A DNA stretch of 27,238 bases from a virus (taxonomy: Duplodnaviria; Caudoviricetes). The position numbers and the translations under genes were made by a program. Positions 7,809 to 15,552 of the stretch are shown one piece after another (within the stretch, counting starts at the first letter, position 1; every line of letters starts with the position of its first letter). The notes under the pieces are model-generated. The model worked only from the letters and a program-made list of their open reading frames with translations, had not been told where the DNA came from and did no database searches. Location: IMG/VR virus record IMGVR_UViG_3300005837_000293, positions 1 through 27,238 of that record, one strand, 5' to 3'.

Positions 7809-7917
7809 AAATATATTCTTCCATTGCGTTAATAAAATCGTCTCGGTCTATTATTTTAGCGTCATAACAGTTTAAATTGTATATAAACGCTTCCATTAAT
7901 TCTTTATTAGTTGCCAT
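7801..7917 (-). CDS. Small hypothetical protein (38 aa, MATNKELMEAFIYNL...)
   Basis: Own translation; overlaps both neighbours. Confidence 0.55.
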   Translation of the reverse strand: MATNKELMEAFIYNLNCYDAKIIDRDDFINAMEEYIYE

Positions 7918-8194
7918 TAGTTACAATTTTAGAAGTTGTTACCATCCATTCGCAGTCATTTACTTTGTGACCTGCACCGTATAGAAATGCTTCGCAGCTT
8001 TCGCTATCGGGATTCCATTTATTACTTTCGTTACATAAAGAGCTAATGTCATATCTATATACTTTACCGTCAGTAAAATCTAGTAAGAATATATATTTAG
8101 TTGACTCAATAGCTTTCGCTATTGCTTCATCTGCTTTTAATGAAGCTAGTTTTTCTTCTTGCATTTCATGCCATGCTTTAATTGTATCACTCAT
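7907..8194 (-). CDS. Hypothetical protein
   Basis: 95 aa ORF in operon. Confidence 0.7.
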   Translation of the reverse strand: MSDTIKAWHEMQEEKLASLKADEAIAKAIESTKYIFLLDFTDGKVYRYDISSLCNESNKWNPDSESCEAFLYGAGHKVNDCEWMVTTSKIVTNGN

Positions 8195-8196
8195 AA

Positions 8197-8490
8197 TTAA
8201 TCACCTGTATAATTATCACCAGTTGCTTGTTTTTCGGCATAATATGCCGCAGCACCCTCATGGTGTAATCGGGTAAGCTCTTTGTGATGCTCCGCATTGT
8301 CGAGGTAGTCATCAATTCGTTCGTGCATTTCAGATTCGGTGATAGTACCGAAGCTTACTACCATTACATTTTGTAATAATGTTTCGTCGTTGCAACTAAA
8401 GCCTGTTGCTTGTTTACCGTTGTAAGTAGTCCACTCTTGATAAGTATAAGGAGTGTCTCGGTACGTTATTATATCACCAGATTTGTACAT
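8197..8490 (-). CDS. Hypothetical protein
   Basis: 97 aa ORF in operon. Confidence 0.7.
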   Translation of the reverse strand: MYKSGDIITYRDTPYTYQEWTTYNGKQATGFSCNDETLLQNVMVVSFGTITESEMHERIDDYLDNAEHHKELTRLHHEGAAAYYAEKQATGDNYTGD

Positions 8491-8496
8491 AGTTAT

Positions 8497-8700
8497 TTAT
8501 TTTAATAGGTTAAAAAAGTCATCTTTATCTTCTACATAAGTTAAGCCTTTGTAGTTAAACCATTTAGATATGCCATCTTTGTCTTTGTCTTCATTGTATT
8601 TGAAGCCGAATGATGGTGGTAAATTGCCAACTAAATAAGGTTTATATTTAGTAGAGTTTAATTTAATTTTTTGGTTTGGTAAGAATTTTATAGTATTCAT
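8497..8700 (-). CDS. Hypothetical protein
   Basis: 67 aa, first gene after P4. Confidence 0.65.
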   Translation of the reverse strand: MNTIKFLPNQKIKLNSTKYKPYLVGNLPPSFGFKYNEDKDKDGISKWFNYKGLTYVEDKDDFFNLLK

Positions 8701-8714
8701 ATTTATTATTTGTA

Positions 8715-8749
8715 TATATTATCGACGGTTGGTCGTATTTATTTTGTAA
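8715..8749 (-). promoter_or_regulatory. Tripartite promoter-like motif P4
   Basis: TTACA-AAATAAA-TACGA-CCAACCGT-CGATAATATA. Confidence 0.85.
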
Positions 8750-8990
8750 AAGTGCCATCGTGGTACATAGTGTGTATACTGTTTGAATACTTATGCGATT
8801 CCCATAATTTCGTATGCGAAAACGATCGACCTTTACTACCGGCTTTTTTCATCGGTATTCTTACTCTATTGTATTCTTTATCGGTGAGACCACTGCATAA
8901 TCCGTCAGATTTGAATTTATTACGGTGTTCTTTAGCTTTCGCTATTCGTGAGTTTTTAACGTACTCGCACGCTTCTTTCATTGTCATCAT
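8739..8990 (-). CDS. Hypothetical basic protein
   Basis: 83 aa ORF in operon. Confidence 0.65.
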   Translation of the reverse strand: MMTMKEACEYVKNSRIAKAKEHRNKFKSDGLCSGLTDKEYNRVRIPMKKAGSKGRSFSHTKLWESHKYSNSIHTMYHDGTFTK

Positions 8991-9124
8991 ACTTTAAATT
9001 TTGCAGCGACTTCACGGATTTCTTCCTTGTCTTCGTTATCTAGTCCCGGTGTTTGCTGAGCATACATACGGAGTACATAGTGAACAAAGGTTGCGTCGGA
9101 TTCAGTTAGTTTAATAGTTTTCAT
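8987..9124 (-). CDS. Small hypothetical protein (45 aa, MKTIKLTESDATFVHYVL...)
   Basis: Own translation; directly after P5, with an ATGA overlap with the next gene. Confidence 0.6.
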   Translation of the reverse strand: MKTIKLTESDATFVHYVLRMYAQQTPGLDNEDKEEIREVAAKFKV

Positions 9125-9131
9125 ATTCAAA

Positions 9132-9166
9132 TATATTATCGTTATTATTTCGTATTTATTTTGTAT
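9132..9166 (-). promoter_or_regulatory. Tripartite promoter-like motif P5
   Basis: ATACA-AAATAAA-TACGA-AATAATAA-CGATAATATA. Confidence 0.85.
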
Positions 9167-9486
9167 ATACCATAAGTATTTTCCTTGTAAGACTCTAATT
9201 GCTTTAGTCTTCGAGTTATAGTGTAAGGTATATCTTTTACATTTCGGTTTACCCAGTCAACTATATATTGAAATCTTTCTTGAGGACAAGGTATAAGTAT
9301 TCTTTCGTACATTTCAAAGTAATTACCTTTAGTATTTGGTGGTACTTTGCGCACTCTATTTATTTGGTATAATCTATCGTGATTACCGTCTATTCGTACA
9401 TAGCCAGAAGTATAGGAGTATATAAATCTACCGTCTTTTAGTTGGAATTTTTGAGTTCCGTTTTTATTTATATTTACTAATTTCAT
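9145..9486 (-). CDS. Hypothetical protein
   Basis: 113 aa ORF. Confidence 0.7.
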   Translation of the reverse strand: MKLVNINKNGTQKFQLKDGRFIYSYTSGYVRIDGNHDRLYQINRVRKVPPNTKGNYFEMYERILIPCPQERFQYIVDWVNRNVKDIPYTITRRLKQLESYKENTYGIYKINTK

Positions 9487-9487
9487 A

Positions 9488-9679
9488 TTATTTATTTTGG
9501 TATATTTGGTTTAATAAATCTTTAACTAACATTTCTTCAGTTTCACCATCTTCAAGGTCACAATCTCTGTGTACAAAGTATTCAACTTGTTCTTTAATAG
9601 TATCAAAGTCGTCACCGTATCTTATACATTCTCTGAATAGGTAGAGAGTTTCCGGATTCCAATAGAATTTATTTTCCAT
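9488..9679 (-). CDS. Hypothetical protein (63 aa, MENKFYWNP...)
   Basis: Start re-assigned to the ATG at 9679, just after the upstream ORF stop. Confidence 0.6.
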   Translation of the reverse strand: MENKFYWNPETLYLFRECIRYGDDFDTIKEQVEYFVHRDCDLEDGETEEMLVKDLLNQIYQNK

Positions 9680-9680
9680 A

Positions 9681-9818
9681 TTATTTAGTGTTAGTAGTTT
9701 GATAAAATTTAATTCTTTCTTGAACTTCTTCACGAGTTATTTCACCTTTCATTTGGCGTAAAATATCGCCACTCATATCGATTTGTTTTCCGTTTTGACA
9801 AGTTAGTATAAATTGCAT
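9681..9818 (-). CDS. Small hypothetical protein (45 aa, MQFILTCQNGKQIDMS...)
   Basis: Own translation; first gene after P6. Confidence 0.6.
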   Translation of the reverse strand: MQFILTCQNGKQIDMSGDILRQMKGEITREEVQERIKFYQTTNTK

Positions 9819-9841
9819 AGTAGTTATTTTTTAAATTCATA

Positions 9842-9876
9842 TATATTATCGATTTCACCTCGTATTTATATTGTAA
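9842..9876 (-). promoter_or_regulatory. Tripartite promoter-like motif P6
   Basis: TTACA-ATATAAA-TACGA-GGTGAAAT-CGATAATATA. Confidence 0.85.
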
Positions 9877-9965
9877 AAAAGTATATACTTTGTTTGTAGG
9901 TAAAAAAGTTATTACACCTATTATACTATATCTCTAAGTATGAAAAAAATAATTTATTCAAAAAC

Positions 9966-10013
9966 TGTGACAATAGGTAGTTAAATTAAATATAATAAGA
10001 AGCTATCGTCGCA
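9966..10013 (+). repeat. Inverted-repeat site B
   Basis: TGTGACAATAGGTAGTTAAATTAAATATAATAAGAAGCTATCGTCGCA, intergenic. Confidence 0.8.
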
Positions 10014-10148
10014 TTCTTATTTCAAGTTAATCACCGAAACTTCAATATGATTATAGGTGGTTGCTATACACATCAGTTACGATGCATACTAGGTAGATCT
10101 GTTCAACGTTATTTATACTGGTGATGATACACATCTCAACGCGCCAGT

Positions 10149-10213
10149 CCCTCTTGTATTTACCCTGCCCAGTTTTCCCGTTGCCTGAAGGTTCGGACAG
10201 TCACCCGTGAGGG
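10149..10213 (-). ncRNA. Predicted structured RNA related to element 6661-6720
   Basis: CCCTCACGGG...CCTTCAGG...GAAAAC...CAAGAGGG; outer stem CCCTC/GAGGG, inner CTGTCC/GGGCAG. Confidence 0.45.
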
Positions 10214-10224
10214 GTTAAACTAGA

Positions 10225-10539
10225 TTACTTTACTTCATCTAGTTCAACTCTTTCAATTACTATGTCTCTGACATTTGAAGGCATATCGGTAGATTGAGAC
10301 CAATAACCTCTTTTAATCCAGCAAGGCATAATGTTTAGTTTAGGTAACATTACTTTTAAAACCTCATCATGATTGTAAGTAATTTTTTGATTTTTGTTAT
10401 TTACAAAAGTGATGATTTGATTTCTACCGAGCCAAGATTTACGGACTACGAAATTTTTACGCTCAATTGGTGGAAAGATTTCAGATAGTTCAGACTTAGA
10501 TAGTTTTGAAATTGATTGTTGTAATTTAGAATTATTCAT
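10225..10539 (-). CDS. Hypothetical protein
   Basis: 104 aa, first gene after P7. Confidence 0.7.
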   Translation of the reverse strand: MNNSKLQQSISKLSKSELSEIFPPIERKNFVVRKSWLGRNQIITFVNNKNQKITYNHDEVLKVMLPKLNIMPCWIKRGYWSQSTDMPSNVRDIVIERVELDEVK

Positions 10540-10569
10540 AAGATTATTATTTATTTATTTATTTACATT

Positions 10570-10604
10570 TATATTATCGTTTACTGCTCGTATTGAGTTT
10601 GTAA
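10570..10604 (-). promoter_or_regulatory. Tripartite promoter-like motif P7
   Basis: TTACA-AACTCAA-TACGA-GCAGTAAA-CGATAATATA. Confidence 0.85.
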
Positions 10605-10606
10605 GT

Positions 10607-10726
10607 TTAGTAGAAGTCATAGTAGATATCTAGGACTATTGATCTTTGCTCAGAAGTTAATTTGTTCCAAGACTTACCGAACTTGCGGAATGAGATCTTT
10701 AATAAGGTTGTATTCATATGTGACAT
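10607..10726 (-). CDS. Small hypothetical protein (39 aa, MSHMNTTLLKISFRKFGK...)
   Basis: Own translation; AT-rich leader. Confidence 0.55.
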   Translation of the reverse strand: MSHMNTTLLKISFRKFGKSWNKLTSEQRSIVLDIYYDFY

Positions 10727-10758
10727 AGTTATAAGTTTTAAAGGGTTAATAATTTATT

Positions 10759-10914
10759 TTAATAGCAGATATCGCAAGGGATATTTGGTGCGCCGTTGAC
10801 GATTACGTCGTACATTAGCATTGCACATGCTGCAAGGATGAATGTTGTTACTGATATTACAGTTGCTCTTTCAATTACTGTGAGGATTCTTTTGTGGTTA
10901 AATTTACGTTTCAT
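10759..10914 (-). CDS. Small single-pass membrane protein (51 aa)
   Basis: MKRKFNHKRILTVIERATVISVTTFILAACAMLMYDVIVNGAPNIPCDICY: basic N-terminus, hydrophobic helix, terminal CxxC; follows P8. Confidence 0.6.
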   Translation of the reverse strand: MKRKFNHKRILTVIERATVISVTTFILAACAMLMYDVIVNGAPNIPCDICY

Positions 10915-10931
10915 ATTATTCGTTTTACATT

Positions 10932-10966
10932 TATATTATCGTTATTAGTTCGTGTTTAGTGTGTAG
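10932..10966 (-). promoter_or_regulatory. Tripartite promoter-like motif P8
   Basis: CTACA-CACTAAA-CACGA-ACTAATAA-CGATAATATA. Confidence 0.8.
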
Positions 10967-11120
10967 ATAAGTTATGGTCTAACATCTGTTGGAACACGAT
11001 TATCTGCTCAGTCAAATCAAGATACTTGTATTGTGTATTGAAGATTGAATTAGTTACTACGTCGATCATATCGTATTGATCTTTGATTTGTAGTGATTCG
11101 TTGTTGATTTTATATCGCAT
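10956..11120 (-). CDS. Hypothetical protein (54 aa, MRYKINNES...), first gene of the left arm
   Basis: ATG at 11120 downstream of P9. Confidence 0.6.
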   Translation of the reverse strand: MRYKINNESLQIKDQYDMIDVVTNSIFNTQYKYLDLTEQIIVFQQMLDHNLSTH

Positions 11121-11142
11121 GATTTCTAAGTTTTTATTCAAA

Positions 11143-11177
11143 TATATTATCGGTAATAGTTCGTACTAATACTGTAA
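11143..11177 (-). promoter_or_regulatory. Tripartite promoter-like motif P9
   Basis: TTACA-GTATTAG-TACGA-ACTATTAC-CGATAATATA. Confidence 0.85.
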
Positions 11178-11450
11178 ATGCTATACATATTAATGTGCAT
11201 GTGTATGTGTGATCCTGATCCTGCATGCTGCGACCGGGAAAGCCCAAACATTTGCACGGAATTGCATAGTCAGTATCGTTTGCCAGAGTAATGCTATACA
11301 CGGATCCCTGTAACCGTGATCCTGAAACGTAAACGGCAAGGGGGGCTGGCTAAATAAAACGAGTTTGTGAATAAAGGGTATACAAGGTATGTACGGTTGC
11401 AACATTTCACCTCTATATATCTAACAATTTTTTTTTTACAATATTTTTTT

Positions 11451-11496
11451 TATGACATTAGGTAGTTATATATAATAGTAACAAGCTATTGTCACT
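11451..11496 (+). repeat. Inverted-repeat site C
   Basis: TATGACATTAGGTAGTTATATATAATAGTAACAAGCTATTGTCACT, in the divergence region, preceded by poly-T tracts. Confidence 0.8.
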
Positions 11497-11504
11497 TTTA
11501 ATAA

Positions 11505-11522
11505 ACCAGAAAACAGCGTAAT
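11505..11522 (+). promoter_or_regulatory. Putative class-2 (late) promoter element
   Basis: ACCAGAAAACAGCGTAAT, similar to ACCAGAAACACGTAAT at 19359-19374; precedes the first plus-strand gene. Confidence 0.45.
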
Positions 11523-11532
11523 CATACAAAGT

Positions 11533-11775
11533 ATGACACAAAATCTATCTCCGGCAGCACGTAGAGCAAAGGCTGCGCGGGACAAAGCTTATGCAATGAC
11601 CCCAGAGCGGAGAAAAAAGAAAGCACATGCCCAAAGATTGCGAAGATCTAACCCATCTGAGGCAAAAGGCAAGGATTGGGACCACAAAGATAAAAGGTGG
11701 GAATCCCCTAATAAAAATCGTGGTAACGACGGGCAAGGCACAAAGAAAGAATCAGGAAAAAATTACACAATCTAG
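11533..11775 (+). CDS. Small basic protein, possibly degenerate HNH-like
   Basis: R/K-rich with DWDH...SPNKNRG. Confidence 0.6.
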   Translation: MTQNLSPAARRAKAARDKAYAMTPERRKKKAHAQRLRRSNPSEAKGKDWDHKDKRWESPNKNRGNDGQGTKKESGKNYTI

Positions 11776-11799
11776 CTAACGCAACAAAAAAATAACCAA

Positions 11800-14700
11800 A
11801 TGGCAAGAATAATAACTTACGAAGATGATCCTAATATCTCGGACCTGGATAGACTGATAGGTTCGGATGGAAACGATTATAATATAACAAAGAATTTTAC
11901 GCTTCTAGGGATTGCAGAGTATGTTATTGACGTATTTGTTAACCCGGATGCCACAGATTTTCACATTCCAGTGTTTAATCAGAACGGAACTAGGATAACT
12001 GACTCAATAATGCACCAAGATAGCTCACCCGCTAACGGTGTACCTGGAACAATTATCACCGTAGATGGCAATTTTGAGGTAATTGCTAACACACAACTAG
12101 GTGTAACAGTAGACGATATCACTTCTGTACCCTCTACATTGCAATTAAGAGGTAAAGTATCAGATAAAAACAACAATTTTGGCGTTGCAAACCAATTATT
12201 GTATGCAGATGAGAATGGATATGTGCAATGGGGACCAGAATGTGGTCAAGGATTTGTTTTAGGGCAAGGAACATTGTATTATTTGCCATTATGGACGCCA
12301 GATAGCGGCACAATTGGAGATTCTATTGTATATCAAGACGGAGATGCCTCCACGCCAGCCACTAAAATAGTTGTAGATGGCAATGCTGAGATAGATCAGG
12401 ACCTTCTTGTTGGCCAAGATGCTACGGTTAACGGTGATGGCACAATTGATGGCGGTCTTACCGTTGGTTTAAGTGCGGATATTGGCAGCGGCTTGACCGT
12501 TGGGGATGATGCAGCGATCAGTGGGAGTACCTCAACGCAAGGAACGCTAACAATTGGTACAGTAGACGCAAACAATTCATTAAACAAAATATTAGTACAG
12601 GACACCTCAGGGGTGGTACATTATAGAGACGCTGACACTATAAAGCCAAAAGTCGGATTTGATACTCTAGCTATGACTCCTGACGGATGGGCTTCATCTG
12701 AGGGTTATTTTAACGCTTATGTTAGCTTGGACGATTCAGTTACTGCATCGAAAAATATAAAAGACATGACTTGGCTAAGCGATGGCGACAGAGTTGTCGT
12801 TATAGCTGAAAATGTTAAGCCGGGTGTTAATGGACCACTAGCGGACGGAACAATTGCGTTTCCAACATGGTCTAATACGGCTCCTGACGGAAGTCTTGTG
12901 TCCGTGGAAAGCTTTGGCTCTTGGGTTGGTGTAGGTGCCAACTTTGGTTACCCTACTGCAACTTTGCAATTTGGTGAAAAATTAAAATTTAAAGGGGAAT
13001 ACTACTACACTCCAAGTGGTGCTCAGATTAACTGGGATGCATGCTGCAAAATACTTTCTAAAAATGTATGCCCAGTTGTAAATCCAGTTAGTTTTACTAC
13101 ACTTGAAGATACTGTTTTTACAGGCACATTGGTTAGTAGTGACGACGGGTATGGATCTTATGGGGTAACATATTCAATAGTATCTGCACCTTCACACGGA
13201 ACAGTAAATTTAACTGGCGCCACAGGGCAATACACATATACACCAAACGCCAATTACAATGGACCTGATCAATTCACATATAGAGCTTATGACGGCTATT
13301 GCTACAGCAATACAGCTACAGTTACTATAACTGTTGATAAAGTAGATGAGCCACCAATTTGGACGTCAACCGATCCAACAGATCCTGCGTATACGGGTAC
13401 GCCTTGGACAAATCTTACAGGTGGTGATGTTTTAGCACCTTATAATTGGACAGTAGATGATCCTGATCATACGTGTGGTGAATTATCATACACAGCAACA
13501 GTAACTGATGTAGCAACTGGACAAGCTGCCACTTGGCTTACATTCACACCTAATACTCCTGCGGATTGTGGCGGTACTCTTTCGGGTACATACCCAGTGA
13601 CAGGAGGGGTATTCAATGTAACATTAGAAGTGTCTGACCCAGACGGTAATACGGCTACCCAAAACTTTCAAATTGCCGGGCTTATACCTGATAACGATAC
13701 ATATTTAGTCTTTTGGTTAGATGGATCTGGTTCTATGGACACTACCGCTGAGGCCGTTTCTTTAGCATCAAGTCAAACGCAAGCGGTGTCAACCGTTTGG
13801 GCAAGCAGCACAGGCCAAAGTTTAGTATTAAACGAGGCTTCCCCGTCCGGAAATACGAACACGGGGTATTATATAGATGATATAGCTAACGCGGATGAAG
13901 TATTTGGCGGTTGCTGGTCAGTAACTCCCGGTATGGAAATATGGACACTAGCCAGCCCTGGTGCAACACCTGTAAATACAGGAAGAACTGTACTTTCTAT
14001 TGATTATAACGGATCTACCCAACAAAGAAGAGCGTTAAATATATCAAGCGCGCTTACAGTTACAACTGGAGATTATTTAGTATTTAGAAAGCCGGCTGCT
14101 GATCAGTCCTCTGATTATGCAGACGTTAACTCACTCAGAAACCTATTGCAAGATTTTTATGCAACAGGCGGGGTTGAAGGAGCACCTGACTTTAACACAG
14201 ATCCAGCCACGAATGGAGCTGAGAGATTTAATTCGCATGTTAAGTTTGGTTGGATGAGGGGCGATGGAAACGGTGAAAACCAAATTGTCGGGATGTCCAA
14301 TTACGGAAGACAACCTAATGCTTCAGCGTGGACCACAGCTTTGGCTGCAGGCGGTGATTTTGAAAATGCGTCGACTGTAGTTTCATTTTCTTTTGGTGAT
14401 GAAGCTGACAACTGGTATTCAGGAGGTGGTCTTCCTTATAGTAGTACAACCAGCCAAAATGGAGCTAGAATGTTAGATGATATTGCTACAGTACAAGATT
14501 GGCTTTCGGATGGCGCTGCAGCAGGTACTCAACCTCGATGCGTTCTTATGGCTGTAACCCAAAATGATGTAAACGATTATGGAACGGCTCTAGAAATAGG
14601 TACAAACGCACCAAACTGGAGTACTCCATGGACTAACAGTACTTTGAAAATTACGCCAACAACACCTAATCCGCCTCACGCAGTATTTTTAGGAAATCAG

Positions 14701-14835
14701 CAAGACACTGGAGCACCTAACGGTTTAACAGCAGCGTCACCTGGAAATTGTACACCGCCTGGATGTACTGGGGGAGAATATTACAAAAATCAAATACAAA
14801 GAGCTTTACAGCAATTAGGCTTTACTAACATATAA
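11800..14835 (+). CDS. Large virion/tail-fibre protein with Ig/cadherin-like domains and a vWA-like motif
   Basis: G/T/S/D-rich. Ig-like TLED...PSHGTV.L....G.YTYTPNANYNGPDQFTY.AYDG segment; second Ig-like segment ending VTLEVSDPDGN; MIDAS-like LVFWLDGSGSM. Confidence 0.75.
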   Translation: MARIITYEDDPNISDLDRLIGSDGNDYNITKNFTLLGIAEYVIDVFVNPDATDFHIPVFNQNGTRITDSIMHQDSSPANGVPGTIITVDGNFEVIANTQLGVTVDDITSVPSTLQLRGKVSDKNNNFGVANQLLYADENGYVQWGPECGQGFVLGQGTLYYLPLWTPDSGTIGDSIVYQDGDASTPATKIVVDGNAEIDQDLLVGQDATVNGDGTIDGGLTVGLSADIGSGLTVGDDAAISGSTSTQGTLTIGTVDANNSLNKILVQDTSGVVHYRDADTIKPKVGFDTLAMTPDGWASSEGYFNAYVSLDDSVTASKNIKDMTWLSDGDRVVVIAENVKPGVNGPLADGTIAFPTWSNTAPDGSLVSVESFGSWVGVGANFGYPTATLQFGEKLKFKGEYYYTPSGAQINWDACCKILSKNVCPVVNPVSFTTLEDTVFTGTLVSSDDGYGSYGVTYSIVSAPSHGTVNLTGATGQYTYTPNANYNGPDQFTYRAYDGYCYSNTATVTITVDKVDEPPIWTSTDPTDPAYTGTPWTNLTGGDVLAPYNWTVDDPDHTCGELSYTATVTDVATGQAATWLTFTPNTPADCGGTLSGTYPVTGGVFNVTLEVSDPDGNTATQNFQIAGLIPDNDTYLVFWLDGSGSMDTTAEAVSLASSQTQAVSTVWASSTGQSLVLNEASPSGNTNTGYYIDDIANADEVFGGCWSVTPGMEIWTLASPGATPVNTGRTVLSIDYNGSTQQRRALNISSALTVTTGDYLVFRKPAADQSSDYADVNSLRNLLQDFYATGGVEGAPDFNTDPATNGAERFNSHVKFGWMRGDGNGENQIVGMSNYGRQPNASAWTTALAAGGDFENASTVVSFSFGDEADNWYSGGGLPYSSTTSQNGARMLDDIATVQDWLSDGAAAGTQPRCVLMAVTQNDVNDYGTALEIGTNAPNWSTPWTNSTLKITPTTPNPPHAVFLGNQQDTGAPNGLTAASPGNCTPPGCTGGEYYKNQIQRALQQLGFTNI

Positions 14836-14836
14836 T

Positions 14837-15547
14837 ATGGCAAGAATAAGCACCTATGCACTAGATGCAAAGCCTGAAATTAATGATAAGGTTATAGGTA
14901 CAGACAACGGAATCGGGGAAGCTCAGAGAACAAAGAACTATTCTTTAAGAGAAATAATGGCTTTGTTTAATGAGCGTAACCTCGTTGCGGTAGCCGATCA
15001 AGTTATTTTTAAATTTCAAGATGATATAACAGAAGGCAGGGAACCTGGTACTATAAGCTTAGAAAACGGAGGAGGTCATGGGCTACCTATGACAGACTTA
15101 TTTGATCTAGTAGTTAGCACTAAAAACAGCGGCGATATAGTTATTGCGGATTACATAAAAACATTTTTGCAAAAGGATTTGATTATAGCGGAAATGGGTA
15201 ATATAAATAACTTTGTAACATGCAAGCTCGTCGGATTAGATGATGACTTTGCGCCCGGATTTTATAAGTTTTCTTTTTTTATGAATGTAAGTAATGGTTT
15301 TATAAATAAAGAAAAACATTATATTATAAGTGAATTTAGCAATGCTGGCGATAAATTTTTTGAGCACGACCAACCCAATGCAAGCGCATTTTGGGAAATA
15401 GAACATAACTTAAATAAAAAACCTTCAGTTACAGTTGCTGCACCATTTTCAGATGAAGAAGTGGTTGGCAAGGTAGCTTATGTAGATAATAACAACTTAA
15501 CAATAACTTTTAATGCCGCATTTTCCGGCAAAGCATACTTAAACTAA
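14837..15547 (+). CDS. Virion/tail-associated protein
   Basis: N-terminus homologous to the preceding gene; C-terminal WEIEHNLNKKPSVTV...LTITFNAAFSGKAYLN beta module seen in phage tail proteins. Confidence 0.7.
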   Translation: MARISTYALDAKPEINDKVIGTDNGIGEAQRTKNYSLREIMALFNERNLVAVADQVIFKFQDDITEGREPGTISLENGGGHGLPMTDLFDLVVSTKNSGDIVIADYIKTFLQKDLIIAEMGNINNFVTCKLVGLDDDFAPGFYKFSFFMNVSNGFINKEKHYIISEFSNAGDKFFEHDQPNASAFWEIEHNLNKKPSVTVAAPFSDEEVVGKVAYVDNNNLTITFNAAFSGKAYLN

Positions 15548-15552
15548 TAACA

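Noticed and set aside
9128-11146. Host Bacteroidota -7 element TAnnTTTG explaining the motif
   Set aside because: TATATTTG follows only P5 and P9; the other seven copies lack it.
4744-11177. Repeated motif as a CRISPR array or integron attC-type cassette sites
   Set aside because: Irregular gene-sized spacing, degenerate internal spacers, no dyad symmetry and no cas or integrase gene in the window.
11190-11405. 71-aa minus-strand ORF
   Set aside because: Non-ATG start, lies upstream of the first promoter motif in a repeat-rich region, and has implausible composition.
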